Shown here piece after piece: positions 11,525 through 19,355 of a DNA stretch of 36,175 nucleotides; positions within the stretch are counted from its first letter, which is position 1; each line of letters begins with the position of its first letter. This DNA is from a virus (taxonomy: Duplodnaviria > Heunggongvirae > Uroviricota > Caudoviricetes). The notes under the pieces are model-generated. The model was not told the DNA's origin and did no database searches. It saw nothing but the letters and a program-made list of their open reading frames with translations. The position numbers and the translations under genes were made by a program. Where the stretch lies: the IMG/VR virus record IMGVR_UViG_2832442593_000001, positions 51,845-88,019 of that record. One strand, written 5' to 3'.

Positions 11525-12697
11525 TTACTTAAATAATTCCGCGAACAGTTTACTTGCGCTGCTTCTTACATCCTCATCAAGGTAAATGCACCCAAAGGAC
11601 TTCTCGCCGCGCAGTTCATTACACATCTTTACCAGTGGATTGTTCGCAGTTCTGTCCACCAGTGACTGACCATAATCGCCGCTCAAGAAAATACGGCTGT
11701 TCTGGCCGAGACGAGTTCCTACAAGTCGAATCTGTGCTTCAGACAAGTCTTCCGCCTCGTCCACAAGCATAATCGTGTCGTTGTAGGTCGTGCCCTTCAT
11801 ATAATAGGGGATGTTCGTATCAAGCTGGCCACGCTGACGAAGAGCTTCAAGCTCAAACTCGCCGCCCTTTAGCTGCTGTTCAATCGGCAGAAAGAAGTTG
11901 CGCGTCTTGTCCTCAAGCGTGCCCTTCAAATAGCCGACCGAAGCACCTTCACCGGCAGGCTCACGGATTCCCAACAGCTTACTCTGGTTGCCCTTTTCCA
12001 GCACATGATACAGCCCCATCTGGGTGGTCAGAAAAGACTTGCCACTACCGTAGGTGCCGAGAATTGCCACAATGTCAATATCACGGTTCATCAGCAGGTC
12101 GAGAGCACAACGCTGAAGCGAGTTCTTTCCCTTTAGATAACCGGAATGCGGCAAGCGTAGATCAACAAACTTCTCGCCGTCGAATCGCATTTCGCTTGTC
12201 TTGCCGGTTTCCGTATCCGTCAGCAGAATGTACTGATTAGGGAACAACGCAGAGGTGTCCAGAGCCGCCATATAATCATTGATTTCGTCAGGTGTTCCCT
12301 TAAACTCGATATAACCTTTATAGATATCTTCATCTGCATCAGAAGAAACAACATCCAGATGATAAATATCTCGTGCGATACATCTGCAAGACAAATCGTC
12401 CGTCACAAACACAATCGGTTCATCTTCTGCAATTTGAACGGCAGATAAGCAAATCATACTGTCTGCATCAAGTTCGCTGTTAAGGCGCATCGCGTAACCA
12501 GAGACCTCATACATTTCTGGGTGATTTGCAAGCAGTCGCGTTACTTTACGGGCCTTATGCTTAATTTCGGCGTCTTTGTTGCGGCTTGTCTTGATGTTCT
12601 CAAGCTCGCGCAAAGTGATAAGCGAAACACAAAAAGGCTCCGCGAACGCACGTTCACCGGCGTTCAGCAGAGCACAAGTGTCATAGAATTTCTTCAT
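11525..12697 (-). CDS. phoH: PIN domain + PhoH-family ATPase (PhoH2-like)
   Basis: N-terminal PIN signature (FYDTCALL…LRELENIK…DADSMI…VTDD), Walker A GTYGSGKS, Walker B LVDEAEDL, TRLGQNSRIFLSGD, C-terminal VRSSASKLFAEL. Confidence 0.9.
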   Translation of the reverse strand: MKKFYDTCALLNAGERAFAEPFCVSLITLRELENIKTSRNKDAEIKHKARKVTRLLANHPEMYEVSGYAMRLNSELDADSMICLSAVQIAEDEPIVFVTDDLSCRCIARDIYHLDVVSSDADEDIYKGYIEFKGTPDEINDYMAALDTSALFPNQYILLTDTETGKTSEMRFDGEKFVDLRLPHSGYLKGKNSLQRCALDLLMNRDIDIVAILGTYGSGKSFLTTQMGLYHVLEKGNQSKLLGIREPAGEGASVGYLKGTLEDKTRNFFLPIEQQLKGGEFELEALRQRGQLDTNIPYYMKGTTYNDTIMLVDEAEDLSEAQIRLVGTRLGQNSRIFLSGDYGQSLVDRTANNPLVKMCNELRGEKSFGCIYLDEDVRSSASKLFAELFK

Positions 12698-13275
12698 TAC
12701 AGCACCTCATCCACAAGACCATACTTGAGCATATCATCCGAGTCCATGTACCACTCGTAGCGTTCCATGCGTTCGTATTCATCCTCCGTGATCTTGGAAT
12801 GAGAGAGTGTGTAGTCGCGAAGACGCTGTTCAAAGCGTTCCGTAAACTTAAACGTATCCTTCACCGACGAGCTCGTGCCTTCCATATAGCTGGAGCCACC
12901 GTGCAGCAGGGCAGTGGAGTGCTTGAAGCACTTCTTGGTTACGTTCGGGTTGCTGTATCCGGCCATCAGAAAATAGCCGCCCATCGAATAGGCGTGGCCG
13001 GTCACCAAAATGGTTGTCGGAGTCTTGAGATTGTCAATAATATCACAAAGAGGCATGCCGTCAAACAGCGAGCCGCCACAGGTGTTCAGCACAATCGTAA
13101 TTGGCTTGCCACTGCCGTCGTTGTCCATCTCCAGCAGGGGGAGCATAACACTCTCGACAATGCGGTCGTCAACCTCATCGTTGAATACGATGCGGCGATC
13201 CTGCAAACCCTTAAAATACTGATAGGTGGTCGGGTCCATTGCGTCTTTTGCAATATTCTCCAGAAAAAGTTCCAT
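12697..13275 (-). CDS. clpP: ClpP-like serine protease
   Basis: RRIVFNDEVD…ITIVLNTCGGSLFDG…GHAYSMGG (catalytic Ser)…LLHGGS (His)…WYMDSDDMLKYGLVDEV. Confidence 0.85.
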   Translation of the reverse strand: MELFLENIAKDAMDPTTYQYFKGLQDRRIVFNDEVDDRIVESVMLPLLEMDNDGSGKPITIVLNTCGGSLFDGMPLCDIIDNLKTPTTILVTGHAYSMGGYFLMAGYSNPNVTKKCFKHSTALLHGGSSYMEGTSSSVKDTFKFTERFEQRLRDYTLSHSKITEDEYERMERYEWYMDSDDMLKYGLVDEVL

Positions 13276-13335
13276 TTGGTTTCTCCTTAAATTTTAGAAA
13301 ATTTGAGCGAATGCTCATTAGTATGAGGAAATCCC

Positions 13336-13773
13336 TCAGATGTTGGCTAAAAAGCCGGCGCGAACCACAGAAATAAGCTCGCTGGAACCGTTAAGGTCTG
13401 CAACCGCAGCATCATAGAACTTACGCGGATGCATCCACGGATAATCGGCATTGTTGAATACGTTTGGCGCACCAGTGTCGTTAATCATCTGGGCGAAATA
13501 TCCGGGGCCCGGAGGGCTGCCGCTCCTCTGCGGTGTGTTTGCAGAGCTGATATCATAAATGCGAAGATTGTACCCACTTGGGATGAGTGCAAACGTAGTG
13601 CCAAGCGTATTTCGACGAGGATACATAACAGGTGAGTAACTGCCGTAAACAACTTCCTGTGCTTTTTCTCGAATTTTATGCTCAACTAGCGTTGCAACCT
13701 GATTGCGTAAGGTTACTTGTGCCGATCTCTTGGCAGCAGCTTCCAGAGCTGCAAGACTCTTAAAGGTTTTCAT
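13336..13773 (-). CDS. Hypothetical protein (possible tail completion protein)
   Basis: 145 aa ORF with RBS GGAGG in the structural operon. The C-terminal WMHPRKFY resembles gp10-like tail completion proteins (weak). Confidence 0.5.
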   Translation of the reverse strand: MKTFKSLAALEAAAKRSAQVTLRNQVATLVEHKIREKAQEVVYGSYSPVMYPRRNTLGTTFALIPSGYNLRIYDISSANTPQRSGSPPGPGYFAQMINDTGAPNVFNNADYPWMHPRKFYDAAVADLNGSSELISVVRAGFLANI

Positions 13774-13787
13774 AAGTCAGCCTCCAA

Positions 13788-14795
13788 TCACTTTTCGGCT
13801 TCTTCTGCCTCCGCGGCGCGTTTGTTCTCAAAGAACTTGCTCAGTCGTTCACTGGCCGGCACATCGTTATAAACCTGTACCATCGCGCTGTTTGCCCAGC
13901 CGACCACATCGGTAATGTCGCTCTCGGACATACCGTCGCGTACCAGATTGGACACGAAAAGGTGCCGCATCGAGTGCCAGTAGAACGGCTTAACGGTAAA
14001 TCGGTCAATCGTCTGTGCCCAGCTGTTCAAAGTTTCGGCCGAAGCCTGCTCGTAACCTTTATCTGTTTTGGTCACGAACAGCCACTCGCTGTTAATGCTG
14101 AGGTCTTTACGCTGCTGTAACCAGCGTTTCAGGTACGGGTCAAATCCTGATTTTATAACGTAGCAGTCGATCATCTTAGCACCCTTGGTCAAAACCTTCT
14201 CAGGAGTGCAGTAAAAATAGTCAAAAACCACGTTTTCAGGCTTAAACCAGTCCACTTTGAATCGAGTAAGTTCTGCCTTTCGGCGACCGCTGTAGACCGC
14301 CAGAGCGAGAGCACAGGCAATCTGAAACTTACCCGCCTCAGTCAGCTTCTGCAGAATTACCTCCATCTCCTCGGTGGAGAAGACGCTCTTCTCACGGACG
14401 GGCGTATTCTGCGGGTTCTCAATCTTGCGGATGATCGGACGGAAGTCCTCATATTCATCATCAAGAATGTTCTCGATGTAGTTCGAGAGAGAAGAAAGCG
14501 CCGCCTTTACACGGCGCACACGGGCGGGGGAGTTGCCGTTTTCATTGATCAGCCAGTTCTGGAGAGATACAATCTCTCGCTTTTTCAAATCAATAAACGA
14601 CTTATTCCCGCAGTGCTGGAGCACATAAGTGAATACGATAAGCAGGTCGCTCTTGTATCCTTTAATCGTGCCTTCGCTGCGTTTCAGAGAACGAAGATAC
14701 TCCAGAAAATCATTCATCAACTGAATGTTCTCCGGATTTATCTGCTTCGTCAGCTCCGGAGAGGTCAGCTTGTTCATCTGTGTCTGGCGTCCCAT
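13788..14795 (-). CDS. Tyrosine recombinase / integrase family protein
   Basis: Likely start ATG at 14795 (RBS AAAGGAGG). SAM-like N-terminus and catalytic residues SGRRKAEL (R), TKG (K), WHSMRH (HxxR), VVGW…MVQVY (W, Y). Confidence 0.9.
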   Translation of the reverse strand: MGRQTQMNKLTSPELTKQINPENIQLMNDFLEYLRSLKRSEGTIKGYKSDLLIVFTYVLQHCGNKSFIDLKKREIVSLQNWLINENGNSPARVRRVKAALSSLSNYIENILDDEYEDFRPIIRKIENPQNTPVREKSVFSTEEMEVILQKLTEAGKFQIACALALAVYSGRRKAELTRFKVDWFKPENVVFDYFYCTPEKVLTKGAKMIDCYVIKSGFDPYLKRWLQQRKDLSINSEWLFVTKTDKGYEQASAETLNSWAQTIDRFTVKPFYWHSMRHLFVSNLVRDGMSESDITDVVGWANSAMVQVYNDVPASERLSKFFENKRAAEAEEAEK

Positions 14796-15375
14796 CTTCA
14801 CCCTCCTTTCCGAAAAGGCCGTAGACGAGGTTGTCTGCTGCAGAATCATCCAGCGCGCCGGACAGCAGCGCCTTCGCAGTATCAACATCAATGCCGGTAA
14901 TCACATTCTTCAGACCACTCATCAGGTCGGTCGCCGCGTCTGCGATGCGGTCAAACGGGTTGGACTGGGTCATTGCCTGCATCAGTACCAACTCGGTATC
15001 AATCGCGGCGTTAATCTGCTTGTAACAAACCTCTTCCAGCTCAGCCAGTTTATCCTCGCCGATAACCTCTGCGATCAGAGCATAGATATCGGTCTTATAC
15101 AACAGAGCAGCTTCAAAGCCACCATCCAGTGAGATATGCAGGTCAGTGCAAATCTTCACGACAGCGGAGCGGAAAGCCCAGTCAACCAGACCAAAATTGC
15201 GGCCGTCACCGTCATCAATATGCTGACCGACCTCGTTTACAATAGTCGCACGCATCTTCGGGGTAATCAGCGGCTTAATCTTGATTGGAATAATGGTCTC
15301 GCCGATAGTGAGATCCTTGGTTACAGACTCTACATACGGAGTCAGAGCCGCCATAATATCAGTCTTCTTGGACAT
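14710..15375 (-). CDS. Hypothetical protein (possible tail assembly chaperone)
   Basis: 221 aa acidic ORF with RBS GGAGG, translationally coupled to ruvC. Function inferred only from position. Confidence 0.55.
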   Translation of the reverse strand: MSKKTDIMAALTPYVESVTKDLTIGETIIPIKIKPLITPKMRATIVNEVGQHIDDGDGRNFGLVDWAFRSAVVKICTDLHISLDGGFEAALLYKTDIYALIAEVIGEDKLAELEEVCYKQINAAIDTELVLMQAMTQSNPFDRIADAATDLMSGLKNVITGIDVDTAKALLSGALDDSAADNLVYGLFGKEGEDGTPDTDEQADLSGADEADKSGEHSVDE

Positions 15376-15859
15376 TTTTCTTTTGTTCCTCCAAATTTTT
15401 AAGATACGCCAACGCGATGCAAAGCGCGTCAGCTTCGTCCGTTTCCACGGACAAGTTATAGGTTTCGCGAATCAGGTCGATAGCCTGTTGTTTCAGATTT
15501 TCGCGAGTGACGCGCCCTTGCTTAAAGCCGAGCACCTTTCGCCACTGGGTAGGCAGGTAAATCGTTACGGGAACCTGAAAAATGTGACAGTATCCCAGAA
15601 TGACACCCTGCAGTCGGGCAAGAACAATAAGCGCCTGCGCCGACTTCATGTACATAACATCCTCGACAACCACTTGGTCGGGCTTGTATTTTGTGATGAC
15701 ATCACGGATGGCAAGACACATCTCCGTAAAGCGTATACTGCCGTCTTTCTGGCTGTGCAAGTCGATCATTCCGTGACGGACATATTTACCGTCATCAAAA
15801 ACAGCCCAGCCGGTTATCAAGGTTGATTGGTCAAAACTTAATACGCGCATTGGATTCAC
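15359..15859 (-). CDS. ruvC: Holliday junction resolvase, RuvC family
   Basis: VLSFDQSTLITGWAVF (Asp), VVVEDV (Glu), YLPTQWRKVLG, TDEADALCIA. Confidence 0.88.
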   Translation of the reverse strand: MNPMRVLSFDQSTLITGWAVFDDGKYVRHGMIDLHSQKDGSIRFTEMCLAIRDVITKYKPDQVVVEDVMYMKSAQALIVLARLQGVILGYCHIFQVPVTIYLPTQWRKVLGFKQGRVTRENLKQQAIDLIRETYNLSVETDEADALCIALAYLKNLEEQKKNVQED

Positions 15860-16689
15860 TCAACCTTATCCAATACACGCGCAATGACCGCTGCGAGTTC
15901 CTCTCGGGTTACAGCAGCCTTTGGTCGGAACTTCCCGTTCGCGTCTCCCTGCATAATGCCAGATGCAACCATCTTCTCAACATAGGGCCGTGCCCAGCTT
16001 GCAATCTCGTTATGGTCGGCCAACTTCGCGAGCGGGTCTTCCTTCAGATATACACAGAACACGTTGTCCACCGGTCGGTTTTCAATCGGCACATTCACAA
16101 CCTTGTTCTCGTGCATCTTGCGGACAGAACCTCCGCCATCGAGGTTCATCGCATACTGAGCATCGTATTCAACGAAGATTTTCGCCATCTCAGCAAACTT
16201 CATGCCCGGTTTGTCTACCGTCAGGATAAGAAGCGTTCCATCCTCACGAACCCCCACCGCCGAGCGCAAGGTTAAGTAGTTGAGGTTAGAAGCATTGCCG
16301 TAAACGGTGTTTGCCTTGCCGTTAATAACGAGCATAGGGTATGCGGTCATGAAATATTTCCACTTCCGCGCCTTGTCAGTTCCGTATACCAACTTCGCCG
16401 GGTCGCTGCCAAGCACACCCATACCTGTAAAGCCGTTCTGGTAGTTCTGTTCCTTTCCGTCGCAGACAAAGGACATAACGTTGTGCCCGGTGGACATATT
16501 AAAGAGACCGCCGTTAATCATGATCTGCGGCTTCTTTTCCTTGCTGGAATAGTAACTGCCGAGTGTCTCTTTCGGGTCAGCGCATTTTTCAAAAGCCACA
16601 GCCTCAATCGAGCTGTGCGGCACGATGTCAAGCTGTGTGTAGCTGTTGACCTTTACCGTCTGAAACGGTTTATAATCGGTTAAAGCCAT
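15856..16689 (-). CDS. Phosphodiester glycosidase (NAGPA/DUF2233) with a C-terminal SLH domain
   Basis: Likely start ATG at 16689 (RBS GGAGG). MINGGLF…YPMLV…RSAVG…AMNLDGGGS motifs. C-terminal SWARPYVEKMVASGIMQGDANGKFRPKAAVTREELA is an SLH repeat. Confidence 0.85.
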   Translation of the reverse strand: MALTDYKPFQTVKVNSYTQLDIVPHSSIEAVAFEKCADPKETLGSYYSSKEKKPQIMINGGLFNMSTGHNVMSFVCDGKEQNYQNGFTGMGVLGSDPAKLVYGTDKARKWKYFMTAYPMLVINGKANTVYGNASNLNYLTLRSAVGVREDGTLLILTVDKPGMKFAEMAKIFVEYDAQYAMNLDGGGSVRKMHENKVVNVPIENRPVDNVFCVYLKEDPLAKLADHNEIASWARPYVEKMVASGIMQGDANGKFRPKAAVTREELAAVIARVLDKVE

Positions 16690-16741
16690 TCGCGTTCGCC
16701 TCCATTCAAAAAATTTTCGTTTTATTTGCAAAATGTAAAGA

Positions 16742-16772
16742 AACCGAGGACAAAAACGGTCATTCCTCGGTT
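16742..16772 (-). terminator. Terminator-like hairpin overlapping the stop of the 93 aa ORF
   Basis: AACCGAGGA-13 nt-TCCTCGGTT followed by TCTTT. Confidence 0.4.
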
Positions 16773-17041
16773 GATACACTTACATCCGCGTCATATACAT
16801 CCTCAGCAGGACGCGAATCCTCATAGGCGATGGTCGGAGTCTCCGCGATAACGGGAGTTTCTACGACCGGTTCCTTTGCCGCAGCTTCAGCGGCTTTGCG
16901 TGCGCGAACAGTGTCTACCCAGATATTCCAGCATTCAGGCGAGCATGCTACAGCACGCCAGCTGCCGATCTGTTCACACTTCTCGCAATGGTGATACTTT
17001 TTACCGCAGACTTTGCAGACTGCGTTCAGATATTCAGCCAT
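16760..17041 (-). CDS. Small Cys-rich (zinc-binding) hypothetical protein
   Basis: CKVC…CEKC…CSPEC motifs, RBS AAAGGA, acidic Pro-rich tail. Confidence 0.75.
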   Translation of the reverse strand: MAEYLNAVCKVCGKKYHHCEKCEQIGSWRAVACSPECWNIWVDTVRARKAAEAAAKEPVVETPVIAETPTIAYEDSRPAEDVYDADVSVSTEE

Positions 17042-17066
17042 AATAGTTTCCTTTCTTATTCAAAAT

Positions 17067-17142
17067 TGGCACGAGTGCTTCGAGTCGAACGAAGATCGGA
17101 GAATTTTGGAGATTCCCAGTTTCCCAATTAGCCTACACTCGC
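17067..17142 (-). tRNA. tRNA-Trp (CCA)
   Basis: 76 nt cloverleaf: GCGAGTG/CACTCGT, anticodon arm GGAAT-CTCCAAA-ATTCT, T arm CTTCG-TTCGACT-CGAAG, G73, encoded CCA. One mismatch in the D stem. Confidence 0.9.
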
Positions 17143-17145
17143 ATG

Positions 17146-17238
17146 TGGCAGAGATGGTTGGATTCGAACCAACGAGCGAGAGCGTTACCTCTCTTGGCGG
17201 AGTCAAATTCCGCTGCCTTACCGCTTGGCCACACCTCT
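17146..17238 (-). tRNA. tRNA-Gln (UUG) with an atypical 23 nt variable region
   Basis: 93 nt: AGAGGTG/CATCTCT, D arm GCCAAGCGGTAAGGC, anticodon arm GCGGA-ATTTGAC-TCCGC, V arm GAGAG-GTAACG-CTCTC, T arm GTTGG-TTCGAAT-CCAAC, G73, encoded CCA. Confidence 0.88.
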
Positions 17239-17242
17239 ATAT

Positions 17243-17267
17243 AAAAGGGAGGCTCGAAAGCCTCCCG
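17243..17267 (-). terminator. Rho-independent terminator-like hairpin after the major tail gene
   Basis: GGGAGGC-TTTCGA-GCCTCCC followed by TTTTATAT, ending 4 nt before the tRNA 5' end. Confidence 0.7.
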
Positions 17268-17281
17268 ATGAATCAGATAAC

Positions 17282-18085
17282 TTAGGCTACCAGATAGATG
17301 TTCCAGAGGGTCTTGTCCTTGGCGCATACGTCGGTCAGAGTCTTAGCGCTGAACGCATGAACAGCCGGCTCGTCACCGATATCCAGAGTGTAGTTGCCGT
17401 CGATCTTAGCCTTCGGAATCTCGAGGATTGCATGGTGCTTGATGTTCTCGTCGCACTTCTCAGCAACGGTGCAGTCAACCAGAATGCGTGCATTCTTAGA
17501 GAAGTTGTCTGCGATGTTGGAAATCTTGCGGCCCTCGGTGATCTCGTGGTCGTAAGCAACGTAGATCTCGGAACCCTTCTTCAGGTCATCAGCTGCGAAG
17601 GTGATGGTCTTTTCTGCAGCATTAACAGTGAAGGACTTGCCCTTAACCGGGGTGTCAGCAACAACAGTGTACTCAGCACCCTGCGTGCCATCGCTTGCAA
17701 CCAACCAGATGCGCTTAACCTCAGCACCCTCAACGCCTACCGGAACGTAGGACAGCTTAGCAGTGGTGTCGGTGTCCAGCTCAACGCGCTCGAAGTTCGG
17801 AACCTGAATCTTGTTGTCCTCAGATGCCTCTTCAATGTCGGTACCAGCCTGAGCAGCCAGCAGACCAGCTACGAGGAATGCGTTGTTCCAAGTGATCGTT
17901 GCAGCCTTGTTACGGTCGAGGGAAGCGAGCAGCATGCCCATCTTACCGGTAACATCGCTGGAATCAACGGTGTTCTCCAGAGAACCATCCTTAATCTGGT
18001 CGCACAGTGCGTACAGCTCACCGGTGGTGATGTCGTAGATAGACGCCAGATCGAAGGACTCCAGAAGGAAATTCTCCATATTCAT
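17282..18085 (-). CDS. Major tail tube protein (putative)
   Basis: Acidic, beta-rich 267 aa protein from ATG 18085 (RBS AAAGGAAG), with highly biased codon usage and followed by a terminator. Position matches the SPbeta-like tail tube. Confidence 0.65.
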   Translation of the reverse strand: MNMENFLLESFDLASIYDITTGELYALCDQIKDGSLENTVDSSDVTGKMGMLLASLDRNKAATITWNNAFLVAGLLAAQAGTDIEEASEDNKIQVPNFERVELDTDTTAKLSYVPVGVEGAEVKRIWLVASDGTQGAEYTVVADTPVKGKSFTVNAAEKTITFAADDLKKGSEIYVAYDHEITEGRKISNIADNFSKNARILVDCTVAEKCDENIKHHAILEIPKAKIDGNYTLDIGDEPAVHAFSAKTLTDVCAKDKTLWNIYLVA

Positions 18086-18129
18086 AGTGTGTCTCTTCCT
18101 TTCTTTAGTGTAAGTTAGTAAAGGAAACC

Positions 18130-18855
18130 TCAACTCAGGTTCCCTAACCAGTTCAGAGCGTCATCGCTGATGCTCTTTTTATCCAACGTGCCGGCATATA
18201 ATCCGGCCGTCAGTTGCCTTGCTTCGGTGATTTTCTGTGTCCGCTTTAAGCTGTCATAAAACACAAAAATCCGCACATCCCAAACCGTATCGGGGTTGTA
18301 TTTGAACCCCTCATGGTTGCAAAGTGCGGAAATCAAAGGGAACAGGACAGATTCAAAGTGCGGGTGGCGGCGAGCGTACTTTGCAGCGCGTCTCTCCTTG
18401 GCCAGCATATATTCTCTGTCATGCTCGGTTACCGTCTTGACGATCTTCTTCGTCATGGAGTGCATCTGACGAATGAATGACGTGATCTGTTGATAGATCG
18501 CGTTGTCAACGACGGATTGTGTTTTAGGATTGTATAAGCGAAGCTGACCGTCCTGTGGGTTGAGCTGCGGCTCATAAGCAGACAAGTCTAAATCGCCGAG
18601 TAAAATACGGGTATCATCTGGTGTTAAGTTGCGAGTGAGCATCAAGAACAGTTGAAAGTCCGTGATCTCCTCGTATCGGATACCCATGTCATCAAGTGCC
18701 ACCATAAAGTCGCTCGGCGAACCACAGATAGCGGAAAGCATCTGAAAATAACGCTCTTCGCCAAAATCTGCAATCTCTCCGAGTGTCGGCTGCCGCACTT
18801 GGATTAAGTCATTGATGACCAAAGGGTCGCCTCGGTACATTTTCAGGTCATTCAA
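18130..18855 (-). CDS. Conserved phage structural-module protein (hypothetical)
   Basis: 241 aa ORF coupled by overlap to the upstream gene. Starts LKMYRGDPLVINDLIQVRQPTLGEI. Confidence 0.6.
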   Translation of the reverse strand: MNDLKMYRGDPLVINDLIQVRQPTLGEIADFGEERYFQMLSAICGSPSDFMVALDDMGIRYEEITDFQLFLMLTRNLTPDDTRILLGDLDLSAYEPQLNPQDGQLRLYNPKTQSVVDNAIYQQITSFIRQMHSMTKKIVKTVTEHDREYMLAKERRAAKYARRHPHFESVLFPLISALCNHEGFKYNPDTVWDVRIFVFYDSLKRTQKITEARQLTAGLYAGTLDKKSISDDALNWLGNLS

Positions 18856-19355
18856 TGAATATTGGCCTGCCCATTCTTCAGGTCATTGCCGCGAATTGCG
18901 GTAAACTGCAATGTTCTGAAATAGTATTGCTGAGCAGACATAACGCCTTCCTGCTCATTTACGAGTTTCAAACGGAACATGCCGAGGCTGCGGTTCCAGT
19001 TGAGCGTTTCTGAAATATCTCCGGCGAGAATATCAGTGCGCGTACCTTTCTGTCCTTTAACCTGCATATTGGTAATCGGGCAAAAGGCCGTCACTGTTAC
19101 AAGCAGTTGCTTGAATCGGTCGTTCTCCAGCGGGCCATTGGAGTCAATGGTCACACCGATGAAAGTGCCAACCTCCTCCTGAATATTAGCCAGCTTTACA
19201 TATGGGAAAATACAAACCCATTCAGCGGTATCTGGGCAGTCAGGGTCAACCTGCTCGTTGTCCAGAATTTCAATGATTTCAGGATTGGAATACAGCAGCT
19301 TGATAATCTCTCGCTTGAGCTTCGTCACTTCGGACTGCTTGTCTCCGTCTCTCAC
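18852..19355 (-). CDS. Putative tail terminator / neck protein
   Basis: 167 aa, position after the head-closure-like gene, ATGA overlap with its neighbours. Confidence 0.5.
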   Translation of the reverse strand: MRDGDKQSEVTKLKREIIKLLYSNPEIIEILDNEQVDPDCPDTAEWVCIFPYVKLANIQEEVGTFIGVTIDSNGPLENDRFKQLLVTVTAFCPITNMQVKGQKGTRTDILAGDISETLNWNRSLGMFRLKLVNEQEGVMSAQQYYFRTLQFTAIRGNDLKNGQANIH

